From contig MU058451.1 in assembly GCA_013265495.1 (NCBI GenBank), positions 1,340,167 to 1,404,166 on the forward strand: a DNA stretch of 64,000 nt, given 5' to 3'. The DNA is from Vicugna vicugna (taxonomy: Eukaryota). Under the pieces are notes generated by a model. The model worked only from the letters and a program-made list of their open reading frames with translations. It was not told the origin of the DNA and ran no database searches. Numbering within the stretch: position 1 is the stretch's first letter; each line of letters begins with the position of its first letter. The translations under genes were made by a program, and so were the position numbers. Of this stretch, positions 13,201 to 25,320 are shown piece by piece.

Positions 13201-14959
13201 TGTGAACTCCATTCTTTCTCTCCAGTGGTGATGAGTCTTCATACAACTTACTCCTTCCTCTGGTAATTTTCATAATTGTTGGTGGGAGGTTTGGGGAGAG
13301 GGGGCTGTTTTTGTTTTTGTAGCTTTGACTGCTCTCTTGGGCAAGCTTACACCAAAGCTTACACAGCGGGCCAGGAAAGTGTTAAACCAGTGCCCCCTTG
13401 TGGCCTCAAGGAAGAATGGGGCCCATTGTATACTTGGAAACACAAACTCCTTGACTCACGATGCTCTGTAAGAGGCATACAGAGGTACCATTACATCCAC
13501 CAACATTTTCTTCTCCACCAACATTTTCTTCTCCGTAACGTAACCACGGTTTACTCAAGTGTTTCCCTGAATAAATATTCAGGGATAATGTGCAAGTAGA
13601 AATATTAATAATGAGTACAATTACTGTTCGAATGAATTCTACTTCCAGATGTGTTCAGGTACATGTACAGCCTTCGTTCAGACAAGACTTGTGAGTCTGT
13701 AACTTTTGGCATCAACAACAAAAAAAAAAAGGAGAGTAAAACTGGCTCTGAAATTGTTCTGACTCTTCCTAAGCTTAATGGGTGTCATTTATAAATCTGT
13801 TCGTAAGCCTATGGACCAATGGCTGAAGGACTAGAAACCAATTTGCAGTGGTGTTTGGAATGGGAGACTTGGGGTGCAGATGTTAAACATCAGCAAACTC
13901 AAGGCAGTTGTTCATGAACAGGCCTAAGAATTGATAAAACTTGACATATGCCATACCATGTTTGCCAATTAAATAAAAACCCTGCGGAGACACACGTAGA
14001 GCTTTAATTGCAAAAATAACACCTACGCTAAGGAGAGGTGCAGCAAGAATTCTCATGATTGTCATTACCTCTAATTGGAATCAAACAGCAAAATCCCTGG
14101 CCTCCGTAAGCCATATTCATTTCACAGCTGACATTTGTTTTTTTCCCCCTCAACCGATATTTTAAAGTTATCACATAGGAAGGAAAATGTTTTAGGGCCC
14201 TGCTCCGTTCAGTGTTCTAGCCTTGATTTGTAGGATTACATTCAGAGGCCAGGCTCAGCCCTTTGTCCATACTCCTTTAGGTCCATATGGCAAAATGAAA
14301 ATTGTGGCTCTTCCTCCTAAGCCATCGTGTCCATGGGAAAGTGTCGGCGCGAAGCAGAGGAGAGTGTGAATTTCCACACTCAGAACCTGTTAGTAAAGAA
14401 ACAAATGACTTTATGGTTTCCATCCTTAAATGGAAACAAAATGGCTTCACCTTTGACTCATGACAATTTTGTCCATTCAGTCCAAGTGGTTCCCAGAGGC
14501 CACGCACTTCCAGATCTGGAAATGCTTCGATGTGGCAAAAGCGAATGGCAGGATGTGCCCGAATGTTTAGACCCCTGCTGATAACCTGAAAGCTGAAATT
14601 TATAACAGCTTCAGAGCTATGATGGTATTGATTCCTCAAATTGGCCTGGTTGAGGATTGATAAATCTGTCAGGAAGTACCACGGGGAATCCCTTCCCTGG
14701 TTGCTTGAATGGTGGAGAAGAATGAAAGTAACATGGCTGAGAGCTGAAACGGTATTTAGGGACTGCCCTGAGTCTACAACGGCAGATGCCTGAATAAAAA
14801 CCAAAAATGCAGTCAATTACCCTGGATGTTTGGCCCGTCCAATAGCTAAATACACAAAAGGAAATAAAAGCATAGACACAATGTCTTCCTTGCACTATTG
14901 TTCTTGGATTCATTGGAATTTTCTATGGAGAAATTATAATGAGGTCTATTTTTTGACTT

Positions 14960-15607
14960 TCTATTTTTTTATTATTTTTAAAGTTGTCAAATAGCAAAAT
15001 CGTTTCCTTTTTGGTGTACAGTTCTACAAGTTTTAACCCACGTATAGACTTTTATTACCATCCCTACGGTCAAGTTACAAAATAGTCCCCCAAAACGCCC
15101 TCTTGCTCTATCAGTCTATAGTCATGCCATCCACACCCCAATCTCTGGCAACCACTGGTCTATTCCTCGTCACTGTAATTTTGTCATTTGCGAATGTTAC
15201 ATAAATGGAATTATACAATGTGTAACATTTTGAGACTGGTTTCTTTCACCTAGCATGATGCTTTTTGAGATTTATCCAAATTGTTGCATATACTAACAGT
15301 TCCCTGCTTCCCCAGTAGCTGTGTATCGTGTAGATGTATCATAGTTTGTTTATCCATTTACCCACTGAAGGACATTTAGGTTCTGGTGATTATGAGCGGA
15401 GCTTCTTTCCATTTTTGTGTGTGCCTGGGTTATCATTTCTCTAGGACAGACACCCAGAAGTGAGCCTGCTGGGTCTTATGGTAAGCGTATGTCTAACTTC
15501 GTAAGAAACTGCTCAACTGGTTTCCCGTACCACGGTACCACTTTGCATTCTTAGCATTAGGGTGGAAGAGCTCCAGTTGCTCTGGAACACCTCTGCACTT
15601 GGTACTG
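14960..15607 (-). mobile_element. LINE-1 3' end (L1MC/L1MB-like), 5'-truncated at about 15607
   Basis: ttttggtgtacagttcta...ctctggcaaccactggtcta...ataaatggaattatacaatgtgtaac...ttatccatttacccactgaaggacatttagg...gctgggtcttatggtaagcgtatg...gcacttggtactg. Confidence 0.9.
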
Positions 15608-15701
15608 GTGTTGTCTAAAATAGACCTTACGTCAGAGAATGTGACCCCAAAGGCTAATATGTCAGAGAATGCGACATAAGGTCTGTTTTAGATAACACCA
15701 G
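15605..15701. repeat. 29-bp inverted repeat with 39-nt spacer and an internal 18-bp direct repeat
   Basis: ctggtgttgtctaaaatagaccttacgtc (15605-15633) versus gacataaggtctgttttagataacaccag (15673-15701): 26/29 Watson-Crick pairs. Confidence 0.95.
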
Positions 15702-18454
15702 CCAGAAGAGTGAATTCACCCCCGAGAGTGATGGTAAATCAGGACTAGAAAGGAATAGATACAGACATAAACTCACACAACAGCCTTGGAGAGGAACTGT
15801 GTGAGCAGATGAATTTCCCACGTCTCGGAGCATAGAGAAGGACCATCAGAAGGTCAGGGAGAGGTGCCTGGTGTGTACACGTCCAGCATCACACTCATCT
15901 TTATCCCCACCTGACTTTATATACTTATTTAGCATCTGTCCTCCCGACCCCAGCCCTATCTATAAGCTCTGTAAGAGCAGCTGTTTTGTATTTTTGAAGT
16001 CACCATGCCTAGATCATTGCTTGTAATGTAGTAGATCCAAGGAAAACACGCAGATACGGTGAGTGAGGTGGAGAAAAAGACAAAGACGAGAGATGAAAAA
16101 CTGTGGAAAGAATCACAAGAAGTAGGTTGCTCATTTCTGGCTGATGAAGCTGAAAGGTACAGATGCAAAAAATCTAGGAAAGGGCTATACACGAGGATAA
16201 TGCCTCAGAGAAAGGTGAAGTGGCGTTGAGAGCAAGCCGACCACGTCATGAGTGGTGTAGCATGTCTCCTCCTGAGAAGCATTCCTCCTGGTGGTCCTCC
16301 TTAGCACCCGGGAGTCTCTTTTCAATTAAGCCAAAGCGTTTAATTTGCAGTGTTGAAAAAGCAGGAGGCAGAACGGAAGATTAGAAGCTATTAACACAGA
16401 CATGTCTCTGATTGTCACCTTTCCCCTTCACTATGTGCTTTTTTTTAAGATGACAACACAAAAGTGTGATGTAACACATGACAAAAATGTCTTCCTGATT
16501 ATTGGGAGAAGTTTCCAAAATTAAGATTGCTTATGGAGATGAGGACTGAAATGTATTTGGAGTACGTGATGTGGTATCTTATTTCAGCACATTGCATTTC
16601 CTATTCTGATCAGGTTAATATTCACGCAGCTTTGTTGTTTGCAAGTATTCCTGTTGAGGGCAGAACAAATGACCTTGGAGGCTAATACGGTGCAGGGAAG
16701 GCAACTTGAGATATAAATGTGCTCTGAATACATACAAAGAGCCACCTAATATTTCTGCGTTATCGTTACGGGTCTAGGGCAGCCAGCCAGAGGAAATGCA
16801 TGTCCTGGAATTCAATGGAGGTCTGGCTTGAGCTTGAGACAATTCAGCTTTTTAATCAATGACACATAAAATCTAATAGAAAATATTGCTATTAAATATA
16901 TGGATGACTAAATTAGGCCACTGTGGTGCTATAGAGAACCAAATTAAAAATAGCAAAGCAACCTTATTAAATTGTCAAATAGAAAATGAGGATACAAGTG
17001 AGCAAGACAGGATTGAAAGTTACAATCTGACAATCAATAAAGGAGGAGGAAAGGGTGGGTAGGAAAGTGGGTAAGGAGGACCCATTCTGTGCAAACTGGG
17101 CAGAAAAAGATCTGATGATCACAGTGATCTGCAAAATGAATACTAACCAGTAATGTCAAGAGTGTTATGTGCTTTTATGAAAGCAGCTAGTATCATTAAT
17201 ACATGAATAGGGACATGGGGGTAAAGGAAGTATCTATACGAGTTTTTCCCTCTGTTTTTTTTTTTAATTCAGACTAACAGAGATTGAAGTCAACCTGCCA
17301 CAGCAAGCTGCCTTTGCCACTCAAGCCCACCACATCAGGCTGCTGAGATCCGCTGGAGTGAGGCCATCTCTTCACGGATAGGTTTTCCCATAGTTCCTGC
17401 TTCCTCCAGGCGACGGTGACCACTGATCTTGAGCATTCTCTCCTAATCTCCAACCCACAATTATGTGACAGCAAAAAGTTAGTGAGAAGGAGATGCCCCA
17501 TGAGAAAAGTGGCCCTTAGCCATCTGGGGAAACTGACTCTTTTGTCTAGTTACTTTGCTAACAACACCTGGAAATGAGTGGCCATCCTTTGTCGCTGGAA
17601 AAATTATTCTGCAACTTACCAAAGCACACTGAACCATCTCTCTGCTCCAATGCCCAACAACCCCCACCTAGTCACTGTTGACTCCCACCTGTCATCACTA
17701 GTAAAGGATGGGGGCTGACTAGTTATGTAGGGATTAAGCTGAGACACAGGTGCCTAGAACACACACACAGGTCACGGGAGTCCTGACTGCAACTTCAGTG
17801 TGTGGCAGACTGACTTGGAAAATGCTCAAAAACAGTGGTTAAAAAAAAAAAAGATATGATTATGGGTTTAGGAACCTGATCTGGTGGGGAAAAGAAAAAT
17901 GAACTGTATCTATTTTATGAACAGAAGAGAATCCTGACTGGGGATCCTGTTTGTGATGGCTAGTGGCTGTTTTATGTTTGAACTTAAGAATGGTTCAGGA
18001 GCCTTGCTCTGCAGAGTGATAGATGCAGGTGAGACACGAAGACCTGCCTAAATGAATCATTTACAAAGATAATGAATTTCGCTATAAATTTTTCAGAGGA
18101 GACACAGCATTTTGGAATGTTTGAAATCAATCACATTAAATGTATATGAAAGTGTGTGACTTTTGAACTACCCCCAACTAGGATCTTCTGGGGAAGCATG
18201 TACACATTTAAGGGACAAAAATAGTCTTCAAAAGAAAGCTCACGTACCCAGGGCTGTTAGGCCATCCAGCCTTAAATATTGTTTTGTGCTCTCTATTCTC
18301 CAGATTTTTTTTCTCTTGAGCACTACAGCTATATTTAAAGTAGGGTCATAATTAAAGTTAAAGGAAACTTTTAGAGTCAAAGGAAAGGGGCTTGGAGATG
18401 GATGAATCAAGATGGAGTGGTGTCCTGCTCACAGTAACCTTTTCTAGAAAGGAA

Positions 18455-18680
18455 GAGAGGCATGGCAGTGTTGGGCTCAGGCCACCAGTTTCGTGACTTT
18501 TGACCCCAGATTAGTGACTTAACTACCTCTGAGACCCTGAATTAACCTTCCTGAGCGTAGCATTTTTTATAACATGTACAATAGGGATAATGATATCTAC
18601 CATGCTGTGCTGTTAATAGGATCAACACTGATTTAAATAAATAGCTGACATACAACTGGTACTCAGATTGTAGTCATGTT
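18455..18680 (+). mobile_element. MIR SINE
   Basis: agtgacttaactacctctgagaccctg...tgtacaatagggataatgatatctacc...ctggtactcag. Confidence 0.55.
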
Positions 18681-18761
18681 TACACCTGTCCCTTCACATG
18701 CCCCACTGAGATACATTATACTGTATTGCATTGTATATAATGTGATGTTTACCTCTACAAA

Positions 18762-18947
18762 CATGGTAGGCAGCCAACTAAATCTGATCTGAAATTTAAA
18801 TTCCAGATAAATAACATTCTTTTCAGTGTAAGTATGTTCTACGCAATTTGTGGGACATACTTATACAAAAAAAGTGTTTGTTGCTTATCTGAAATTCACA
18901 TTTGGCTGAGTACCTGGCATTTTTGTTTACTAAATCTGGCCAGCCTG
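18762..18947. mobile_element. MER53 palindromic hAT MITE
   Basis: aatttaaattccagataaataaca...gtaagtatgttcta...tgggacatacttatac...ttatctgaaattcacatttggctgag...ctaaatctggccagcctg matches the MER53 layout as I recall it. Confidence 0.9.
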
Positions 18948-18974
18948 CCTACTCAGCATTTATTCAGTTTACCC

Positions 18975-19330
18975 CTTTCTAACAGTAAGTAGACTTTCGT
19001 TCTGGTAATGAACCCTCCCCTACAACAGTTGACAGCGCATTTCCTCCCTCTGGCCGAAGTAACTGGTTATTCGTAGGCATGTGATCTAAGTCACAGTGAA
19101 TTTAGGGACTCTTGTCTGGAACCCCTTATTGGAAATACTTGCTCTCTGTTGAGTGTAAACAAGAAGTAAGGGCTCCCCACATTGTTGGTAATCGTTTGGC
19201 TACCATGCAAGAAGCTCACCTATAAAAGAAGAGAAACCCAGCTGGGGAACTGCCATCCCTGGAGCTTGGGGTAGGACCAGTTTCCTTCGAGGTACATGGC
19301 CTTGTGGGATGTAGGGAGAGATGGACGTCT
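18975..19330. mobile_element. Old ERVL/MaLR LTR fragment
   Basis: ttctggtaatgaacc...aactggttattcgtaggcatgtgatctaagt...gggactcttg...gagaaaccca motifs typical of MLT1/LTR16/LTR33 families. Confidence 0.45.
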
Positions 19331-19454
19331 GAACAAAATTTTTTCCCCCCTTTTTTTTTTTTGGAAGGAAGGTAAAAGGGATAATTAATGCATCATGGGG
19401 AACTGCCAATATCCACTACAGGGTGAAAAGTTGAAGCAAGAAAAAGTGTGTGTC

Positions 19455-19590
19455 CTCTGGGTTAGAATGCTTTAGTTGCAGGTAATAGAAAAAACCTAAC
19501 TCAAGTGTAAACAATAAAGGGAATTTGTAGGTTCTTGTAACGCAAAATCCCAAGGGTAGGGGAGCTTTGGGGTTGTCTTCAGGCTCCTGG
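19455..19590 (-). mobile_element. MLT1K/L-like LTR fragment
   Basis: ggttagaatgctttagttgcaggtaatagaaaaaacctaactcaa...aaacaataaagggaatttgtaggttcttgtaac. Confidence 0.6.
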
Positions 19591-20749
19591 GGAAGCTGTT
19601 TATTTAATAGTGAAATATAGCGACAGAGGGGAAGGAGGGGTAGTTCTCTTTTTTTTTTAAGTTACCCACTTCTTCCATTTTTCTGATTCCATAATTTTAT
19701 GATAATTTGGCCAACTCAAAATGCAGCTGTACTCATCAGTTTTCCAAATGAATATTTATATAACTTGATGCAGACTCCGGGGCCAAATTTTTAGTGGACC
19801 TTTACAAACATTTCATTGCATTTCAGTCTTATCTGCTTAGAGAGGCAAGCATCACATTTTCCTATACACATCCCAGAATTACCTCTGCCAATTTAAGATT
19901 TCATGATAAGTTTGCGTTTGTAAGCTTCATTTCCTGATGACTTGACGTGGGCCCTTGCAAATTATAATTCTGTGTATGTTCCATAGGATTAAGAGGACAA
20001 TCACAAAGCCTGGCCTGCAATGGCCCTTATTGCCTGATTTTAGAGCTCAGATATTTTTATAATAATATTTTTCCCACAGCTGATTTTAATAAAATCTGTA
20101 ATACTAATTGCTATGAAAATGAAGGGCATGTGATAAGGGTTCTTCCTTTCAGCCCAGCAGACTTGTTTTGAACACACTGATGTCTAGCACTGGGATATTT
20201 TTACACACATGAACTATTAATATGCATATAATGGGAAATCTTTGATCCAGGGGTCGGGACACTGGAAATATCCAAACAGTGGAATTGTTTTGAAATTTTT
20301 TTTAAGTGGCCATCCATTTTTAAAATTAAATATTGAAATACTTGAAAATAGTATAGCTAGGTACCTTCCAGGGGACCACAATGGCAGCTCAGTGTTGCTC
20401 TGTGGCCTCAGAGATGCCAGGGTGGCCATCAGAGTAAGACGATCACCTGGCGGGCATGTGGGTACCATACTATCTGCCTTAGCTCTTGGCCGGTACACAG
20501 TTCAGAAGGCAACCACTGTTTTAAAGTGTTATTTTTCAATCGTGCAAATACGTGTTCTATAAATCATTCCTTAATTAGGATCATGGAAAGAGATACCACA
20601 AGGGTGTGCCTAGGGGCACAGAGCAAGTCTTTCCCTAATCGCCAGGTTCCATTGGAGTTCAGACAGCCCAGCTCCTGAAATACTGTTGGTCTGGACTAAG
20701 ATTTCAGACTATCCCACTGAATTCTCCCCTACTAGAAACATTATTTTAT

Positions 20750-21120
20750 TAATGATGAAAATAAGACTGGCTCTTATTTACTAAGCTGTTATTACATCAG
20801 GAACTGAGCTGAGAGTTTGACACTTACAGCCCTGTCCTCATTTTGTGGAAGAGTTTTTTCCCCTAAATCCAGAGTCATGGTCGGCTACTTGGTCCAAGCA
20901 TCTGTAACAGCAGAGCTAATGAGGACACAGATCATTCTGGGCCCTGCTGGGGATCACAGGCAGTAGGCGACATCCTGAATAGGAGAGTTTTGTGAGACAG
21001 GCACTCATCTGTCCATTCTGGAGAAGAAACTAGTCATTTGCCAAACTCACAGAGCTGATGAATGCAAAGCCTTTAAATTCAGACTTCTGACCCTAGCTTC
21101 ATTGCTCTTTCTACTAAGTA
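20750..21120 (-). mobile_element. MIR fragments
   Basis: ttatttactaagctg...catcaggaactgagctgag, cattttgtggaagag, catttgccaaactcacagagctgatgaatgcaaagcc...cttctgacccta. Confidence 0.55.
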
Positions 21121-21869
21121 TCTGCTACTGTCCCATTCAAATACTGTATCAGTTTTTATCAATTTGGCATAAAAAGCTTAGGAATGCAGATGACATCTCC
21201 CTTGACAGGAAGAAATGTCCAGTGGCAGAGCTAAGATGAGTTAAGGAAATTTTGTGGTGTAATTGATTTGGAAGGGTAAACTTTCAGAACACTCAGCCTC
21301 AAAGACAACTCCTTTTTAGTCAGTGTAAGCAAAGGTAGCTTAATGCAAGCAATAGCATTCTAAACCCAGATATTTCTTCTAGCCATAGACAAAAAAAAAA
21401 AAAAGCTGCAAAACGACATCAACTTTGAGAGAGAGGTTTTCCTCGCCATGCGGTCAAACAGCACACACAAGCTCTATTACTGGCGTTGCTGAGAAATTGT
21501 TTCTTTTACGTCATTCAAATGGCACCATAGTCTTCCCTTCAGGATCTGGCTTAAATTCAAAAAACAACAAATTACAAATTAAGACCTCCCTTTTCCAATT
21601 ACTTCTTTTGTTCTGCACAGCTGGGGCTAGCCCTCCAAATCAGAGAACTTGGTATTCCAGCAGAAAGCTGCTGCTTAAAGCAGAACAGCCTTTAATATGG
21701 GAAGGTTCTTTCTTAGATTGCCCAGAGTTTTGCCTTTCTACTTGTAATCGGCTTATTATTATAATCTACCAACAAGAAAGATGTCTTTCGCGGGACGGTC
21801 ATGAGAAGCAGACAGACTATTCTAAAGGCCAGGTTGTCCTTTTCACTCTCTACGCTGTTGTCCTTGAGG

Positions 21870-22084
21870 AGTGGCCCAGATGTGGCAGTGCGGCTGGTCC
21901 TCCTGCCTGTGTGGGGCAGGGTCCAGAGCCTGACTACCCGGGACTCGATGTTCATGTGCCTACATGCGTGTGCACGTGGGTGTGCGCCTGCATTTTGACA
22001 CGTTTCCGCCTCTCACCTTGGAAAAGATCACTTTTTAGGCTTCAGCCTCCTCCTCATCAATAAAATTAAGGCATTGGACAAGAT
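21870..22084 (+). mobile_element. MIR SINE (its tail resumes after the hAT insertion at about 22377)
   Basis: ccagagcctgactacccgggactcg...accttggaaaagatcactttttaggcttcagcctcctcctcatcaataaaattaagg. Confidence 0.65.
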
Positions 22085-22376
22085 CAGCCACTCTCAAAGG
22101 ATGGTCTGGCAATATCTGGCAGTTCCCAAGACTCTTTCAAGCAGTCCTCATGGTCAAAACTATTTTCACGATGACAGCTAAAGGTGTAATTTTCCTTTTT
22201 CACTCATGCTCTCACCAGTGGACAGTGGAGTTTTCCAGAGAGGCTCCCTGACATGTGATGATGTCATCACTCTAAAAGTGTGCTTAATAATTTTTAGTCT
22301 TAAAAATCTAATAGGATTCTCAGTAGTTTTGAGGAATTAAAAGGGATCTTAAGATCAAAAAGTTTGAAAACTGCTG
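22085..22376. mobile_element. hAT-Charlie non-autonomous element
   Basis: Termini cagccactctcaaa / tttgaaaactgctg; degenerate 8-bp TSD gacaagat / gactggat; internal ggtcaaaactattttca...cagtggagttttccagag...tgacatgtgatgatgtcatcactct. Confidence 0.8.
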
Positions 22377-24012
22377 GACTGGATCACCTCTGCCTTGATG
22401 GTTTCTAACTACTACTGCTAGAGCTCAAATGTCCTTTTCATAAAAGGTGGTGATGATAGGTCTTAAATGCTCAAATACTTTTTTAAAAACCTTCTACTTG
22501 GTAAGATAAGGTGTATCCTTTATAAGTCCCTCCATTAAAAAAATTATTATACTACTGGTTTATACACAGGCAGCCCTATGAACTCTTCTTGTTACTGCCA
22601 AAGATTCAGAAAAGACCATTACTTTTTATGTAGACTGCCATCACTCAAACAGGCATTCATGGTGTTCTGTGAAACTGTCCTCAGGCCCCCAGAGCATTTA
22701 TATAGAGTTTGCACTTAGTTGATAATGTACCTAATAAGGACACACTTCTCTCCATTACCACCGATTCTCTAGTGTTGAGTTCTGCCCTGTTTTGTCTTTA
22801 CTTGGGCTTTCCTAGGTTTCCCACTATTAATTTCAAGTCAGATCCTCAGACAAGCCGAAAGCTCATTCCTCAAACGTTATTTTAAGGTGTCAGAAGAAAC
22901 TGATCAATGTAAACTCTTCCAGGAGGTGCTCAAAAAAATGCCTGCTGGCAACCTCCAAGGGGAACATTCCCAATTCAATCAATAGCTCTCTTTGCAACAG
23001 TATGTCTTTGACAGATTACTTCTGGGTAAGCTACAAGACAGAAAGTTCAATTTTCAATTTTGAATAGGAATCTTTATGCTTAAAGAATTGCAACTCAGGA
23101 TAATATCAATGAATATTTCCTTTCCCGAACCAATTATATGGTAAAATAGGATTATTGTGTTCATTTTATCTGTATAAAGTCCATCACATTAAATGATACA
23201 TCAGCTAATCAATTGATTCCAAAGCACTTTGGGAGTGCCAAAGGATGCTTTGCTAACTCACAGACTCCCTCTTTAATTGGCTTCCCATGGTACTTTTCTC
23301 TTGATTTTTTTAAAGTACTTCTTTTTATTCTCCATTATCTCATCTTTTTTCCTCCTTGTTGGACTGATGTGACAAGGGGTGTCGAATTCATGATGAAAGA
23401 AAATAATTGAACCCAGTGAACTCACCACAGGAAACTCTGAGTTCCAACTCTGGCACCGTCTCCCCTTCATTATCAAACCCTGGAGTTTCACAGTTGGGAC
23501 AATGTATGTTGTTATAATACTTCATGGAGATGTTGTAAAGATTACTGAGTGCATTTGCTTTGGCATCACTAGTCTAAAAGGCGAGGCAGAGATAAATCTT
23601 TTTCCAAATGTACTCCCCTTGAGCGAGGGTACAAGATCTGGGAAGCAACTGTCAGCCCAAATGGCAATCAGGTCAGTAGCACTAGAAACAAGGTGATTAG
23701 TACTACGCTTTTCTTCACTTATAGGAAGTTGCAGTTAGCTTAATTTCTTTGGGAGGAAATCTGAGGGACTTACCACCTGGGAAGTAGAACCTTGCTTGGA
23801 AATTGACTTCATTCTGGTATGGGTTTCACGGGTAGGTGAAAGGATCAGGGAGCAGGTCTCAGACCCAAATGCTCACCCAGCTCTATTACACTTCTCATTT
23901 GCTCTCTGGGAAATCATCAGCTAACGACTTTCAGTGCAGAATCCCTCTGATCGCTGCAAAGTTCTATTCTCCCGCGGAAGGAACTTCCCAATGATGACAT
24001 CCCCGTCTGCAG

Positions 24013-24234
24013 TTGGGCTTCTCAAACCTGAAGCACCACTGACATCTGGGATAGCGTAGCTCTTTGTTTGGGAGTGGGAAGGCCTGCACGTTGGAGGATG
24101 TCTAGCAGCAACCCTGGCCTCTGCCCACTAGAAGCCAGTAGCGTTCCCTCTTCAAGGGGTGACAATCAAAAATACCTCCACACATTGCCAAATATTCCCT
24201 GGGGGCCAAAATCACCCTCAGTTGAGTACTGCTA
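24013..24234. mobile_element. MER20 hAT element
   Basis: ggatgtctagcagcaaccctggcctctgcccactagaagccagtagc...gtgacaatcaaaaatacctccacacattgccaaat; TSD gtctgcag / gtctagag. Confidence 0.9.
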
Positions 24235-24289
24235 GTCTAGAGTCATAGAATGTCAGAATTAGAAAAGACTGTTCATATCATATAGTTCT

Positions 24290-24560
24290 TTTTTCTCCCC
24301 AAACTGTAGCTCATTGAGGTATGTACCGCTTGAGGTATGCCTGATGGTTTTAGGTAGAAAGCAGCACTAAACGGCATCGACTCTCATAGCGGACAGTAAT
24401 TGCCTTTGCGGTTGTCTCTTGGACGTTCTCTTTAATCAAGGAGAAAGTCTCTGTTTAGTACTACAGCCTCAATAACACCTCCCTAGTATTTGCGTATGGC
24501 AGCTGCCAAAGCCAGCGAGGCCTCAGGCACACAGCCTTCAGCAGCCATTATTGAGCTGGT
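24290..24560. mobile_element. Possible old hAT (MER-type) fragment
   Basis: gatggttttaggt...atcaaggagaaagtctctgtttagtacta...taacacctcccta resembles Charlie-derived MER elements. Confidence 0.4.
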
Positions 24561-24571
24561 ATTTAGGAACA

Positions 24572-24710
24572 TTTTTTTCTTTTTTGAGGTGGGGGGTAAA
24601 ATAGGTTTGTTTGTTTATTTGTTTGTTCATTTAATGGATGTACTGGGGATTGAACCCAGGACCTCATCTGTGCTAAGCACGCACTCTACCACTAAGCTAG
24701 ACCCTCCCCC
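24572..24710 (-). mobile_element. tRNA-Ala-derived camelid SINE (Vic-1-like)
   Basis: Reverse strand reads ggggagggtcTAGCTTAGTGGtagagtgcgtgcttagcacagatgaggtcctgGGTTCAATCCCcagtacatcca (A and B boxes), then an (AAAC)-rich stretch, cctattttacccccc and an A-rich tail. Confidence 0.85.
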
Positions 24711-24829
24711 CACCACTGTTTTCTTTTTATGGTATTTATTTTGTATGGGGGTTTTCTTATTTGTGGTAAGTGGCATTGATTCCTCATCTGCCCTACCGAT
24801 GCAAAAGTTTATTTTAAAATTAATGTATT

Positions 24830-25320
24830 TGGTAACCTCACTGGAAAACACTTACCTACCACTCAGCAATGCCACGCCTAGATATTTATCCACAGAAACC
24901 TGGATTTATAGTCCCTGAAAGACACGTGAAGAAAGTTCTAACAGCCCTGTTTGTAGCAGTCCCAAATTGGCTATTATCCAGAAGGCCATCCACAAATACA
25001 CTATAGACGCTCACATAAGGGAACTTACACAGCAAGGAGAAGAATGAACCAAGCCATTACACAGCAATGAAGGTGAACCTCACAAAATATTGAGTGAAGG
25101 AAGCCAGACCAAGCAAAAATCTATCTATCTGGCTATCAGGAGAGTAGTCACCCTCATGCACGGGACAGGAAGGAGCTTCTGGATGCAGGCGATAACCTGG
25201 CTTCTTTATCTGGTGGCGTGGGTGTGTCGAGTGTGTAAAAGTTCATCTAGCATATATTATGATTTGTTGTGTGTATACACTAAATTTCAATAAAATTTCA
25301 AAATTAAAATAAAAAAGTAA
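24830..25320 (+). mobile_element. Old LINE-1 (L1ME-like) 3' fragment
   Basis: cagcaatgccacgcctagatatttatccacagaa...ttgagtgaaggaagccagacca...tttgttgtgtgtatacactaaatttcaataaaa. Confidence 0.7.

Noticed and set aside
14277..14816. 179-aa minus-strand ORF
   Set aside because: Non-ATG start and no family similarity I can recognise in any frame. An ORF this long can occur by chance in 64 kb. A BLASTX or PhyloCSF hit would change this.
15605..15703. Resemblance of the hairpin to pre-miR-138 (CUGGUGUUGU, UCAGAGAA in the loop, AACACCAG)
   Set aside because: Needs several gaps, the + strand seed is broken, and the near-perfect stem and internal duplication are better explained by template switching. 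It also shows that by-eye miRNA matches can arise by chance, which tempers the miR-23/27 calls.
21425..22063. 212-aa ORF
   Set aside because: Starts at TTG, has no recognisable domain, and its 3' third runs through a MIR and a GT-rich tract.
24635..24710. Apparent tRNA-Ala(AGC) gene
   Set aside because: Acceptor and anticodon stems do not pair, and a SINE tail follows. It is the SINE head.
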